NCBI GenBank assembly: GCA_035084275.1
Contig: CM068742.1
Location: 72,912,001 to 72,976,000, forward strand
Direction: 5' to 3'
Origin: Hydrolagus colliei
Lineage: Eukaryota
DNA: 64,000 bases
The position numbers and the translations under genes were made by a program. The notes beneath the pieces are model-generated. The model worked only from the letters and a program-made list of their open reading frames with translations, did not search any database and was not told the origin of the DNA. Every line of letters starts with the position of its first letter. Within the stretch, counting starts at the first letter, position 1. This document shows, one piece after another, positions 12,718-25,160 of this stretch.

Positions 12718-13911
12718 CTGGAAGGTGGAAAACATTCTTATTATTTTTTTTACAGTGAAATGAGAAAGATAAATACACTTTGTACAAAAAACAGAAGATA
12801 AGATATATAGATCCAGTTTGTAATCATAGAATTTTATAAGAGAAGGAAGCCATGGCTCATCATGTATGTGCTGCATCTCTGAAAGTGTTACTCATTTAGT
12901 CCTATTCCCTTTTCCCCAAACCTGTTTTAAGTTATTTTGCTTCTTGCAACATTTTTGTTGGGCTTTCCATGTCACAATAACACTATAAAATTTCTTCTAA
13001 TCTCTGCTTTGTGATTTTACTGCTGACCTTATATGTACGCTCTCTTGCTACTGATCAGTAAAAAATAGTTTACTCCCATTTATTCTATCAAAACCTGTCA
13101 TCATTTTGAACATATCTATTAAGACTCCCCTTCAATCGTCTCAGTTTCTATTCATAATCAAAACCTCTTAATCCTATTAAATCTCGTGTATCCTCTGCAT
13201 GGCCTTGGCATCCTTCCTAAACAAACAAAACTTACATTTATATAGCGCCTTTCACGTCGAGAGGACATCCCAAGGCGCTGTACAGTCAGGTAGGACAAGA
13301 GCAGGGTGGGAAGGATCAGGGCAGGATAAAGCATAGTAGGAAAAGTAACTGTATATTAGTGGGCGAAACGCGGCAGCCAAATTGAGCACAGCAGTGTCCC
13401 AAAAAGTGGAAATTTATAAACAAAACACATGAAACAAACTAAATAACAATTAGAGATGATTCCGTTTCAGCCATTTTATTGAGTGAGACTCTTATTTATG
13501 CCAATTAAATATGATAAACATCATGGATTAAAAAAAAACTCTGTCCCCAAACACACACTTTATCTGATGGGGCATATTCTCAACCAGACCTCACAGAACT
13601 GTACTTTACTACAAAGTCACCAGAGACTGTACATCATATTAAATAATAATAATAATAATCATAATCCTTGCATTTGATATAGCACCTATCACGTCTTTTA
13701 GACATCTCAAAGAGCTTCACAGAATATACTATAAAGTGAATTAACTGTATATATTTGTGGGCAATAAACAACAATAAAATACTGGGAAGGTTGGGGAAGT
13801 GACTGGGTAGGAGAAAGAGGCAGAATTAAAAATTGCCTAATTGCCCCTGGTTTATAGTCTGCGAGATTCCTGACCTTGATAGATGCCGTCCGGTGTGGAG
13901 GCCGCTATATA

Positions 13912-14923
13912 TCGTAAATACCCGCGTATAAGGCGCACTCGCGTATAAGGCGCACCTCCCACTTTTGACCTTTTCTTGGTGAAAAAAAACGGAAGCATTT
14001 TCGATGATATTGCCGGCAGAAGGGAGGGAGGCAGGAGAGACAGGTAGGGAGGGAGAGAGGGAGGCAGGCAGGCAGGGAGGGAGAGAGGGAGGCAGGCAGG
14101 GCAGGAAGGGAGGCAGGCAGGGAGGGAGAGNNNNNNNNNNNNNNNNNNNNNNNNNNNNNNNNNNNNNNNNNNNNNNNNNNNNNNNNNNNNNNNNNNNNNN
14201 NNNNNNNNNNNNNNNNNNNNNNNNNNNNNNNNNNNNNNNNNNNNNNNNNNNNNNNNNNNNNNNNNNNNNNNNNNNNNNNNNNNNNNNNNNNNNNNNNNNN
14301 NNNNNNNNNNNNNNNNNNNNNNNNNNNNNNNNNNNNNNNNNNNNNNNNNNNNNNNNNNNNNNNNNNNNNNNNNNNNNNNNNNNNNNNNNNNNNNNNNNNN
14401 NNNNNNNNNNNNNNNNNNNNNNNNNNNNNNNNNNNNNNNNNNNNNNNNNNNNNNNNNNNNNNNNNNNNNNNNNNNNNNNNNNNNNNNNNNNNNNNNNNNN
14501 NNNNNNNNNNNNNNNNNNNNNNNNNNNNNNNNNNNNNNNNNNNNNNNNNNNNNNNNNNNNNNNNNNNNNNNNNNNNNNNNNNNNNNNNNNNNNNNNNNNN
14601 NNNNNNNNNNNNNNNNNNNNNNNNNNNNNNNNNNNNNNNAGGGAGGCAGGCAGACTGGGTTAGGCAGAAGGCAGGCAGCAAGCACAGCACTGAGGTCCGC
14701 TGCTGCTGCCGCTGCCCGGGCGGCCGAGGCCGAAGCCCCGTCACCCGCTCCCCCCAACCGCCGCCGGACAGTGACCAAGCCCCGGCTGACAGCGCCAGCC
14801 GCCCCTCCTGGTTACTGTATTTCCGAGGCTCAAAATTTCTTGTACCTGCGTATAGGGCGCACCCCCAACTTTCGAGATCTTCCGACGTGAAAAAAAGTGC
14901 GCCTTATACGCGGGTAGTTACGG
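13912..14923. mobile_element. Non-autonomous Tc1/mariner (Tc2/pogo, Kanga-like) DNA transposon in GATB intron 1
   Basis: 28-bp TIRs (t/c)cgtaa(a/c)tacccgcgtataaggcgcact, flanked by TA on both sides. Internal (GGCA/GGGA)n tract spans the assembly gap. Splits an L2 3' tail (gccgctatat...agtcaaaattgttgttg). Confidence 0.85.
14131..14639. other. Assembly gap (509 N)
   Basis: Run of N flanked by GGCA/GGGA low-complexity repeats. Confidence 1.
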
Positions 14924-15488
14924 TAAGTCAAAATTGTTGTTGTTGTTATAGTGCCCCCAATGCTCTATCTATAACTGTTTGTGGGACATTGCTGTGCACA
15001 ATTGGCTGCTGCGTTTCGCTCACAAATATTCAGTCAATTCACTTGACGGCATTTGCTGTGAGGCGCGGATTAGAAGATGTGACAAACACTATTGTTGTAT
15101 TTGATATCATCACTATATTTGCTGCAGAACTTTTCACGTCTTCTAAGGCGTCTCAAAGTGCTTCACAGAATATACCGTAAAGTGAATTGGCTGTGTATAT
15201 ATGTGGGCGAATATTAATAATAATAATAATTATTATTATTACCGTCACTCTTCTCAAATAGAGCCTATAAGGTCCACCTGTGAGCCAGGGGGGAGCTCGG
15301 TTTAATGTGTCATTGGAAGGACGGCATCTCCCACAATGTAACACCTCCCAGCGCTGCCCTGGAGGGTCGATTCAGACTGTGCCGCAGTGAACCCACTTGA
15401 GTCAGGCCGACACCCTGCATTACCAACTCTCTCTCTCTCCCTCTCTCCGGGTAATCCTCACAGTGCGCAGGTGTTGACCTCAAGTTAC

Positions 15489-15616
15489 CTTTCCTCTCTG
15501 CCCGGCGCTGCGGCTGCGGCACGCGAGGCCGAACGCACGCTCTGACTGACGACGGTTACACGGCCGCCCAACGGTCTCAGTCGCAGAGCGGCCCGCGCCA
15601 TGACAGCCGCACACAT
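15489..15616 (-). CDS. GATB: GATB coding exon 1 (putative mitochondrial presequence)
   Basis: ATG at 15616, with a second in-frame ATG at 15601. Translates MCAAVMARAALRLRPLGGRVTVVSQSVRSASRAAAAAPGREE, Arg/Ala/Ser-rich like a mitochondrial targeting peptide. Donor AG|gtaact; 128 nt, phase 2, matching exon 2. Lies in a CpG-rich region. Confidence 0.85.
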
Positions 15617-15800
15617 CACGTGTCCCTCCCGCGCTCGAGCGCGCTGGGTATTGTAGTGCTGACCGCAGCCCGCGCCTGCGCTGTGTGCCGGTCGCTGAAC
15701 TACATCTCCCAGAAGGCTACGTAATCCCCCCCCCCTCCCCACGCACGGCGTCGCTGGCTGCCTTCACACTGGCTCTGCAAGAGGGAGGTCCGCCCTCGCT
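15500..15800 (-). promoter_or_regulatory. GATB CpG-island promoter
   Basis: GC- and CpG-rich. ACTACA-nn-(T/A)CCCAG SBS/ZNF143-type motifs at 15699-15717 (+) and 15639-15657 (-). GCGCCTGCGC NRF1-like site at 15672-15681. CACGTG E-box at 15617-15622. GC box near 15788. Confidence 0.75.
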
Positions 15801-16009
15801 GCAGGTCAGACTCCGTTTGGAGTGGGGTGGTGGTGGTAATGTCGTTTTAAAGTCACATGCCTCATGTTTGATACAGCGACAACGCACGCTGATGTTTGCT
15901 GGCTCGGTGGTGGTCGCGTTCTCTCCTCGGAGACATGGAAGAAGGTTGTTGGATTCAAGTCCCACCATCACATTAGGACTTCAACAAACACAGTGTGGAG
16001 CTCCATTGT

Positions 16010-16324
16010 TAATAATAATAATAATCCTTGCATTTGATATAGTGCTTTTCACATCTTATCGACGTCCCAAAGCGCTTCACAGAATATACTGTAAAATGAA
16101 TTGACTGTATATATTTGTGGGAGAAACGCGGCAGCCAATTGCGCACAGCAGTGTCCCACACACAGTCGTGGATTGAAATGACCAATTTTTTTTTGAGGGA
16201 TTATTATTAGGCGTGTGGAGTAGGGAAACTTGCCCGAGGTTTCGCCCTGACCTGCCTGGATGCGAACACAGGTCTCCCCAGCTTGTAAGGCGAGTGCTCT
16301 AACCACTGAGCCAGAGGACTCCAC
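16010..16324 (-). mobile_element. tRNA-derived SINE, full length
   Basis: Reverse complement of the 562-877 family. Confidence 0.9.
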
Positions 16325-16475
16325 GGTTGTGCTGGAGAGTGGGGGAGTGTTGCACTGTCAGGTGTGTGGAGTGAGGGAGAAAATAAGTTGTTGATAATAA
16401 CCCTTCATTTGCAATATATTGAACCACTTTTTTTTTTAAAAAGCCTTGTATATTTATATAAATAATGATGCAATC

Positions 16476-16771
16476 GTAGAGTCCTGTAGCTCAGTGGTTA
16501 GACCACTCGCCTTACAAGCAAGAGACTTGGATTCAATTCCAGGCAGCTCAGGGCGAAACCTTGGGCAAGTTTCCTTACACCACATGCCTCATAATAATCC
16601 CTCAAAAAAGACAATAATAAATTGGTCGTTACAATCCACAACTGTTTGTGGCACTGCTGTGCACAACTGGTTGCCGCGTTTTGCCCACAGATATTCAGTC
16701 AATTCACTTTACAGAATATTCTGTGAAGCATTTTGAGACATCTAGAAGATGTGAAAAGTGCTATATCAAAT
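16476..16771 (+). mobile_element. tRNA-derived SINE
   Basis: gagtcctgtagctcagtggttagaccactcgccttacaagc head (anticodon loop with TAC, tRNA-Val-like) plus family body. Confidence 0.9.
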
Positions 16772-17559
16772 TGACTTGCCTGCCTGTTCAAGTGGAAGTT
16801 AAAAGTCCTATGGCTCTGTTGCAAGTTTGATGTGAAAGGCACTTTTGCAATTGCAAGAATTATTGTCGGTAGGTAATGCAGGAGGATGCCACAGCTGTAT
16901 AATGTTAATCCCTGCATTTGACATGGTACCTGTCACGCCTTTGGGACATCTCAAAGTGCTTCATAGGATACAATGTAAAGTGGATTGACTATTTTATGGG
17001 TGAAATGCAGCAGCCAGTTGCACACAGAATTGTCCCACAAACAACTATGGCAGTTTTATTTGTGGAGCAAATTTTACTTGGTGACACCGGGACTTCTCTT
17101 TTCGAATAGTTACATGGTGTGTTTACACAACCTCAGTTTAACTTCTCATCCAATGGATGGCACCTGCAACAATATAACACACTTCCATCATTGCATTGAA
17201 GCATCATCTTAGATTATGTGATTCCAAATCCAGACGTGGGGCTTGAACCCACAAGCTTCTGTCAGAGGCATGCATGCTACCAACTGAGCCAAACACCCAT
17301 ACCCCTTCATGAAAATATTGTGTGTACATTGTCTAAAAAACGTAATGGTTATTTCATTGGTGAAACACAGACATCATGAAAATCTTCTAATAGCTAATGG
17401 GATTCTAGCCCTGATCCTAATGTTGAAAGATGAAATTCTTTCAACATTTTTTTGTTTAAAAATAAATTTTTTTCATTGAAATTGTTCTTACCAAAATCCA
17501 GTAACCTATTTAAAACTAGGAACTTTTTAAAATTGTGGAAAAGTTTCCACTCCTAGAAA

Positions 17560-17915
17560 CTTCCCTACATAATAAGACATAAATGTAAGATGAACACTAA
17601 TAAATTTAATGAGGGATAAGATCTTTATGCAGGAGGTGAAAATGTGCGACTGACTGCCAGAAGCTGTGGTTGAAGCAGAAAGCAACAACAACAAGAAAAT
17701 TACATTTGTACAATGTATTTCATGCCTCTGGTGCTGGATACATTTAAGCATCAATGTATTTAACAGGAAACTTGATACTGTATGTATGTGAGAGAGGAAG
17801 GAATTAAAAAGTATTGTGAAGGCTAGGAAGGAGATATTACGATGGATAAAAGCTTGTATGAAATATAAACACCAGCATGTACTCAAACCAAATAGCTTAT
17901 TTTGGTACTGCAGAT
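17560..17915 (+). mobile_element. Degenerate CR1 3' end
   Basis: ctgccagaagctgtggttgaagcag...ggatacatttaa; CR1 3' end pattern. Similar remnants at ~8360-8520, ~37940-38200 (+) and ~12830-13220 (-). Confidence 0.5.
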
Positions 17916-18456
17916 TCTACATAATTCACATCCAGCAGAGGATGTACTCAATATTATCTATGAACTGAGTTATTTTTAAATACTTATAGCATGCGGCAAC
18001 AAAAATCAAATCAACAGACTCAAACCAAATTACTAATCAAATCTTGGACTGTATGATGCAGTGCCATTAAGCAAGTAATTAAGCCTCCCAGGACAGGTTT
18101 GTTTTTCAATTGGCAGGTTTTCAGCCCAACATTTGATTTTTCCATAGTCTATTTTGTCATATTACCTATCCAGCTTTCCAGAGTGGTGAGTTAGGCAGAG
18201 GTCCTCCACAAGGTAACTGTGACTGATGTAAATGCTTGATAGAGGTTGGGAGCGCAAACTCAGAAGCATTAGGGAGGCCTCTAAGCTATTGGTGTTCTGC
18301 ATTTGGATAGAGTGGGAGTGGGATGGAAGTGGAAGTGACAAATTAAGCCAGGGTTGAGTTATCAGGAATTTACTGTATATCAAATGCAAGGTTTATGTTG
18401 AATGTCTAATTAGATACTGTAGCCTGAATCAGAGCACTGTTTACGGACTGGAGAAT

Positions 18457-18761
18457 TAATAATAATAATCATTCTTGCATTTGATATAGCCCTATTCACT
18501 TCTTCTAGACGTCTCAAAGCACTTCACAGAATATACTGTAAAGTGAATTGAGTGTATATTTGTGGGCAAAATGTGGCAGCCAATTGTGCAAAGCAGTGTC
18601 CCACAAACAGTCGTGGATTGAAATGACCAATTTATTATTATTTCTTTTTGAGGGATTATTATTAGGCATGTGGAAACTTGCCCAAACTTCCCCTGCCTGG
18701 AATTGAACTTGGGTCTCTCGCTTGTAAGGTGAGTACTCTAACCACTGAACTACAAGACTCT
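18457..18761 (-). mobile_element. tRNA-derived SINE
   Basis: Reverse complement of the family sequence with (TAA)n tail. Confidence 0.9.
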
Positions 18762-21700
18762 TGAATTGAAATGAAAAGGTGAACATTACAGTATATTAGT
18801 TTCCTGTGTTAACATAGTACAGGACCTAGAATGATTGTTAGTACTACTGATTATATAAGTGACCTTGCAAATTCTTTAGTAGCTGTTGCCCTTTGACCTG
18901 TCAACAGTATTGTGTAACGCCTAAGCAAAGCAAGTTGGGAGCAAAGCTTGTTCCAATTCTTTACTTTGGATTCAAAAGACTCAATGGGACTGAATGGGTT
19001 TACCTCATTCTGTTTATGTTAGAATTCATCCATCAAGATAGATGGAATGAATGCCCCATGATAATTACAATTACAGCAGTTTCAATAGACTTGATAGTTG
19101 ATGCCACTGTTGAGACTATTCACATTAAGTTAATGAACATTATTGCTGTAATTTCAGTGTATTTGTTATTGGTTTGAATTTCTGATTAGATACTGTAGCC
19201 TGAAAATTCAATGCCTTGGGGCGTCCCCCTAAAGTGAAAGGTGCTATACATATGTAATTTTGTTATTGTTGTTGATTTAATATTATTAAGCATGTTGAAA
19301 TCAGTGTTGTTTTGGAATCAAAACACAATGTTTCATTTAAATCAAGAAGTTTGCCCTTGACCAGCCTATGGTCTTGAGTCTAAGGATTATTTAATATGAA
19401 TCCCGCTAGTCATGCTTTATTAACTTGTAGCAGCATAGAAGCGTATCTAGAAGGAGAAAAAGGGGAAGATAAATGGTGTATAGTTAGTTAAATCATGAAC
19501 TATGCCGATCAGCTAAGTACAAAATAGTGCTAAAGTTGTAATGTGGGAATTTTTTTCATGTACCCAATTTTAGCTTGGCCATCAGAGAAAGTTAATAAGT
19601 GGAAAGGTTGCTTCCTGTACGGGATGGATCAAAAATTGAAGGCCAATTTATGGCTGCAACTCTGATGTGCCTGTCAATAATTGGTTACAAACATCAATAT
19701 CCGAAAACCTTGATGGAAAGTGCTTTGATGGTGGAAACAGGTTTCTAAAGTTGATGGTCGGAACAAAATTTTGCAAGGAGGGACCATATACATATCATGT
19801 TACAAATATTAGGTTTAGTGGCTGAGGAGAGCATCAGGCTTATTTCCAATATCCCTGCAGTTAAATAACCTGTCAACAATCACTAATCTAGACATTGAAG
19901 GCAATCGCTACTTTAGCAAGCTACTGGAGTTTAGCTGATGTTATGAGAATCATACCCTAACATGAGTTGGCACTTTCAGTAAAGGAGAGCAGTAAAATGT
20001 AAGATGATTTTTTTTTTAAATCTCTGAATCAATGAGTTCTACACACTTCAGACACTAGATGGTGCTCCACATCCCATTCTGTTAAGGATGCACAACAGAC
20101 AAACACAACTATCTTATGTGCTTTCTGAGAACATTGTTGTGAGCGAAGACAGTCAATTGACGACACACTGACTCATTCCAAACACTTGTCAAAATCACAT
20201 ATTTTCTCCACTCAATATTTCATAGATTTGCTTTAAAATCATGACCTTCAGAATGAGGAGGACGACATGTAAAGCTTGACATCGCCTGGACCACAGGAAT
20301 ATCCAATACAAGACCATGGAGATGGTCTTCTGATTTTCATTCCTGAGAACGGATGCAATGGAATCTGTGTCCATTGCTAGGGCATGTCTGACCTCAGTGC
20401 TGCACAAATATGTTGGACCCGACCATTTAGCATCACATGTTGTATCAGCATCACATAATTCTTGCTATTGACACACTGTTTGTAATATAAAATTCTTAAA
20501 CGTAAATGCTGTTAAGCATAGTGACTGTGTGGTTGCAGGCAAAACGACAGTCAATATTCGCACAGCAACGTCCCAGCTGTTTTGAAAGAGTGATGAACAT
20601 TTGAAGCCTCAAATGAGCTGCACAAATAATTGAGGATTATAATATTTACCTAGACCTTAACAGACCTGTATTTTATTTCATCGAAATATGTTCTATGCAG
20701 TATGTAATTGTAAGACTGTAATATGAGAAGCATTGAAGGTGATATTAAAATGTGTGAAACCTGTCATTGGTACATGACATGCAGTAGTTGAGTTATATTC
20801 AGTTCCACAGTGTTAGGCCAATGTTTGAGTATTTTGTAACTGAATGAATTTTTTTTGCCAAACCATTCAAGATTTTTGATGCACTTCTAGAAATCCAAAC
20901 AATAGGGGGAACGGGTTCTATATCATTAAACACAGTATTAAATTTCAAGGAAAAACACAACCCTTTCTATGGATTTTAGTTTCCATGATGTGTTTGCAAC
21001 TGCTGGGGCATTTGAAGAACTGCTGCTTCTTAGTGGATTTGTAGCCAGAATATATCCAGGAACATTGGTGAGCATCTCATTATTAGTATCAGAGCCCTGA
21101 AGCTAGTGAGGAGAAAATAAATCAGTAAGGTTTCCAATTTTGATTTATATTGCGCCCCCCCTCCAACCCTCTGGTGAGAAGTGCACATGTGTGGCTGTCG
21201 TATAAGAATAGGATTTGGCTCTGTCATGTTTCCTGCTGTGGTAGGATAAGGAATCCAACATTCACTGTCCAGACGCACATTAATAAAATAAACGATGAAT
21301 CTAGCTGCTTTATTTATAATCAAGAATCAGAATCTACTTATTCCTTTGTGTTTCCTGTGGTTCATGCAATGTTTTCGAAATAATCTGTGCAATTTCCTTG
21401 ATATATACAGAGCTGCTCCCAAATTAAATTTGATGGGCAGGCTGTAATTTGCTGTTATGAGCAAAGGGATAAAGCTGAGCTCAACTGTCCAGTTAACCGG
21501 TAGGTTTGCAGTAATGATCCTTCGCCCAAATCCAAATTGTATCAAGATTAGCTTCTAAAAAAATAAATCTTCAAAGTGGTAGTGGGAATAAAAACAAGCA
21601 GAGCTAGTCTGCAAGTCCATGAAAAATATAATGCTAGGCTACTATTCTGTACATGACAAATGATACATGAGTGGGTGGCAGGAGTTAGTCATCAGATTGA

Positions 21701-24700
21701 TTCTAACAGCAATTTAGCTGGCTGGTATCATTCCTGAAAATGAGATTGTTATCGGTGGTATGGATGGTCTTGTTGTGTGAACCATATCTTAATTGATAAA
21801 AGTACAGTACATAAATTCAAAGCCAATGTTTTTTTTGCTGTTTTCAGGGGCTTCCCACTCAATACAAGTCTAGTACAGTATCAGTAACAAATAACCATTG
21901 ATTTCTCCTAAAGTCAGTTTTGAATTGGTTGATTAACTCCGGCCAATCCTATCGCTGCATTCTCAATACACTCTGCCAAAGCTGCAGTACTCCATGGATA
22001 GTCACAGACTTACCTTCAACCTAGCCTATGATTAAGTGCCCTGTATTCGGTAAAGCGTCAGAGACAGACTCCGGGCTTGGTTGGTTTCCAGCATTAATTA
22101 AATGCATTAATTGCTGTTTTCAACTCCTGGCAGCACTGAAAGGAAACATGCAACTTCTATTTTAAACAGATGAAAGGTCTGCATCACAGAAACTCCTATT
22201 TTTCTCCTGCTTCTAATCCTGCATTAAATGTAACCAACAGGAGTAAAGTATTCTCCTAAAACGATAATTAAAGCAATGTATTTTTAAATTCTCAGATCCA
22301 TTAATAACAAAACAAGGATTAAGTTCACTGACTTTTCCCCAGAGCAGCTGTGATTCTCATAGGATGTAATTCCTGACAGTGCTAGTGGGAAAGAGTTAAG
22401 GTGCTTCACACTGACTTGCATATTTTCCTTGATGTTTTCTTCTCTATTGATGTTAATTAGTGTTGTCGTTTGTTGATTCATACAATTTTGTTGTGCTTTT
22501 TTTTACGTTAATCAAAAAACAAATGAAAAAGCCATTTATATCACAAGAGTAACGTCTTTGAATGCATTTGGCTGCTGTGCCTCTGATGAAAGAACCAGTG
22601 TAAATCAGTGACTTCATGCTAAAGCCTCCAAAGCTTGTCAGCACTCTCTGCATTTAAAGCAGGAGCTTTTATTTCTATTAGTTGAACACTTCACCGAATA
22701 TCATCCATGTAGGTGAAACATTATCAGTTATCAGTCTCAATTACAGACACAAACAGACTGATGGGGGATTGCAGCACCAAGTTCTTTCAGCTCTCCAGCT
22801 ATAAAGGATGATTATTCTTCCAATAAACATGGCAAAACATTCTGCGGATTTGTGTGCAGTGGAGGAGTGTTAGAAGACCCAAATTGCTGATCGGGAAAAG
22901 ATGATATTTCCAAGAGGGAAGATTTGTAAACATGTTTACAATGTAATGTTCACAGACAGCATAATAAAATAATTGAGTTCCACATTCAGCAGCGTTTTCC
23001 AATTCCTAATTTTCTAGTTAATAAGATCTGTATATTGTACTTGAGAGATGAATGTAGCTAGTGACATGTGATGAAGCAGAAAACGTATGGTTGTTGTCTG
23101 TATGAGTATATGATGTTATCCAGTCCTCATTAGGATCTCCTGAACCTCAAATATAGAGTCAATTCACTTTACAGTATATTCTGTGAAGCGCTTTGAGACA
23201 TGTAGAAGACGTGAAAAGCGCTATATTGAATACAAGGAGTATTATTATTATTATTACCTCACACCGTTCCTCACTGGTGGCACAGGGGTGCAATCTCTTC
23301 CTAAATCTCCCTTCTTCAGATGCCAGATGGACCTTTTTAAAGAAAATGAACCATTTAAAATACCTCAATACTTCAACTAATTAATTGCTATAGGAATTTT
23401 GCTAACCATATAATTATAATCCTTACACATCAGTGGGATGTTTCAAAAGGCTTCACAGGAGTGTACTGTGAAGTGTCTGTACGTTTTGTGGGTGGACATG
23501 GCAGCCAACTTGCCCATAGCAAAGTCCCACAATCAGTCATGAAGTGAATGACTGATTTTATTTGGAGGATTGTTAGCTAGGACACCAGGCAGTGTCTTTT
23601 CTTTTTTTCTCTTTTCTCCATTTCCTGTTTGTGTAGTGCCATAGGATCTTTAACGTTCACCCAAATCGATAGATAGGGCCTCAGTTAAAATCCATTCTGA
23701 AGCGCGGCATGTTCAACAATGCAGTTCATTGCATGTCAGCTAGAGTATATGAGTTTCAAGATCCAACATGGGGCTTGAACGCATAACCTTCTGACTCAGA
23801 GGTGAGAGTGCCAACACCTGAACCAGCTTTAGACACATTTTATGTAACTACTGTATTAAGAAATCAGTTTATCATATAATCTTAGTCAGACATTCTTCAC
23901 AAAGCCTTCAGTGAGAGTTCCCAATATGCACTATTCTATGTGGAATAAAGCACAGAGATCCTTTAACTGAGCTGGAGGCCATGGGTTGGTCACCACTGTA
24001 CAGAAAATGTCTCTTAGTAAAAGCCTTTAAGTATGATTTAATAAATAAATACCATTTAGTGTTTAAAAAATATCGTGATTTCAGGAACCTAATCTGTCAA
24101 CATCAAGTTTTTTCTTTTTTCAGGTAGTTTTAAATTAGATGCACTGACAACACAATGTGACAATGTGATGGGACACAGATTGCAGTCTGGTAGTCCACCC
24201 ACCACCTTCAGAATGATAAAATTGTTCAGCAGTGTAGGAGATTTGCGTTAAATGAATCTCCTCTTCCTTCTTCATGGCACATTACAAAACATGTGAACAC
24301 TGGCAAATGGAGGTGGGCAGAATCTCTTAATGTGTTTTTACATTGCATAAAATGCATTTAACTGAAAAATGTCAAGCAATCCTTTTTGCTGTGAGGTAAA
24401 TGTAATGAAATTTTGTTTTGATGTATGGTTTTTTGGTTTGCTGATATGCATGATTATTATCCACCAGCAGGCATTTTGTTACGGGTGTCAAAGTCTGCAG
24501 AGATGAAAGCGAGGGGGAGGGAAGCCAAGAAAATGACTAGCAATCTAAGAGAGAAACTGATTTTTACTGATATTTCAAGAAGTTTAGAAAGGATATATGG
24601 GATTGCCAGAAACTCACTCAGGTTCTCACCTTTCTATACTTTTCACTCCATAGAACCTTAGAAAAGTGTAGCATTGCAGAGGATGCCATTTGGTGCAATT

Positions 24701-24744
24701 ATTTGTTTGCTCCTTCAAGAAGCCATCCTTCCTCATCCTGTTCC

Positions 24745-25160
24745 GTGTCTGTCATGTTGACTCAGCTGGTAGCAAGTTAGCCTCTGGGTCAAAAAGTTGT
24801 AGATTCATACTCCACTTTGAGACCTAACTTTCTAGTTTAGACTAACACTCCAGTACAATATTGGGGGAGTATTGTACTGCCAAGACAATGCCTTTTGGAT
24901 AAGATATTCAAGCTGCGGTTCAATTTGCCTGCTCAGATGGATGTTAAAGATTCCATGTTCAAAAAGAGAAGGGAGTTTGTTCTGGCCAGTAGCCCTTTAA
25001 ATTAATTGGCTTTTCACCTCATGGCTGTTTGTGGTGCCTTGCAAGTTGCTGTGCACAAATGGCTGCTCTGTTACCTACAAATTGAGTTAATACACATGAC
25101 GGTAATTACCTATGAAGCACGTTAAACCATTTTGCTGCAATATGGCAATAAAAAATGCAA
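24745..25160 (+). mobile_element. Older Deu-domain (SacSINE1/AmnSINE-like) tRNA SINE
   Basis: Head gactcagctggtagc...aagttgtagattca, central ggatgttaaagattccatg segment and L2-like tail. Minus-strand relatives at ~1250-1730, 16900-17295, 23410-23835, 28240-29215, 43060-43345, 44335-44640 and 55985-56280. Family name assigned from memory of the consensus. Confidence 0.65.

Noticed and set aside
13852-14778. ORFs of 219-308 aa
   Set aside because: They read through the N gap and GGCA/GGGA repeats; artefacts.
16476-16555. tRNA-Val(TAC)-like gene
   Set aside because: It is the head of a SINE: it continues into the family body, lacks a proper acceptor stem and recurs in many diverged copies.
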